Assembly (NCBI RefSeq): GCF_003918875.1 | Contig: NW_025767024.1 | Coordinates: 1-64,000 of the forward strand | DNA: 64,000 bases | From: Haliotis rubra | Taxonomy: Eukaryota | Reading direction: 5' to 3' | Shown here: piece by piece, positions 63,453-64,000 of the stretch | Position numbering within the stretch: the stretch's first letter is position 1 | Layout: every line of letters begins with the position of its first letter | The notes under the pieces: generated by a model | Told to the model about the DNA's origin: nothing | The model's input: the letters and a program-made list of their open reading frames with translations, nothing else | Database searches by the model: none | Translations under genes and position numbers: made by a program

Positions 63453-64000
63453 ATTTGTTCCCATGGTTACAAAGTCAACATCAAAGGTATACAGTAACAA
63501 CAAACACAGGAAAGGTGAAGCTGTAATTATGATTAGTTGCTGAATATTGGGATGAGTGAATTGGGATGAGTGATAAGATTTAATTTTTCAATGCCATTGT
63601 TTCTCTTTGAAATATTTTATTAGTATTGTGGTGAAAGTTAATTGCTACTCACTATATTAGGATAACTTTGTAATGTATTAATTTATGTTTTCAATATTCT
63701 GAAACTGTTTATTCAAATATGAATGTCACATTAAGGAAGCATTTGTACTTGACTTTGTGATAAAAATATATAATATTACATTAATTATTATACTTTATTT
63801 ATTTTACGTTTAGGCTTCCTGAGTGGAACGCAACGGTTAGCCAAGAAAGCGCTCCGTACAGAACTAAATTGTGAAATTAGTCAATACCATAGATCAATAT
63901 GACGTCAACACTTTATATTGACACACATACAATTTGGTTTCAAATAATATTATGTTACAGGGGCGATAAATAATTGATAGTCCCTATTAGAAAATCAATG

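Noticed and set aside
63116-63543. Hydrophobic membrane-protein-like ORFs
   Set aside because: G/T low-complexity sequence open in all three frames

Overview
AT-rich, repeat-dominated animal (not prokaryotic) genomic DNA with four N-gaps. The SINE families resemble those of gastropod molluscs, probably abalone/Haliotis (inferred from recalled SINE sequences, not checked). Most of the window is transposon debris: about 25 SINE copies of four types, CR1/L2-type LINE and Penelope-like (Naiad-type) fragments, Kolobok/THAP, Tc1, Ginger2-like, hAT-MITE and Crypton-like elements, local duplications and three minisatellites. The one convincing intact gene candidate is a small secreted peptide precursor at 46222-46482 (+): signal peptide, then (G)CRRSAAERLAR-GKR, then a C-terminal extension. 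It has a TATA box and a perfect kappaB site upstream, and the peptide aligns with allatotropin-family peptides but lacks the terminal F/Y-amide. Other notable structure: a four-element nested transposon stack (39234-44243), duplicated 30-nt micro-exon candidates more divergent than their flanks, a triplicated decayed reading frame of unknown family (23.5-27.8 kb), and satellites apparently born from SINE parts. No CRISPR array, full rRNA gene or canonical tRNA gene is supported. All alignments and counts were made by eye.
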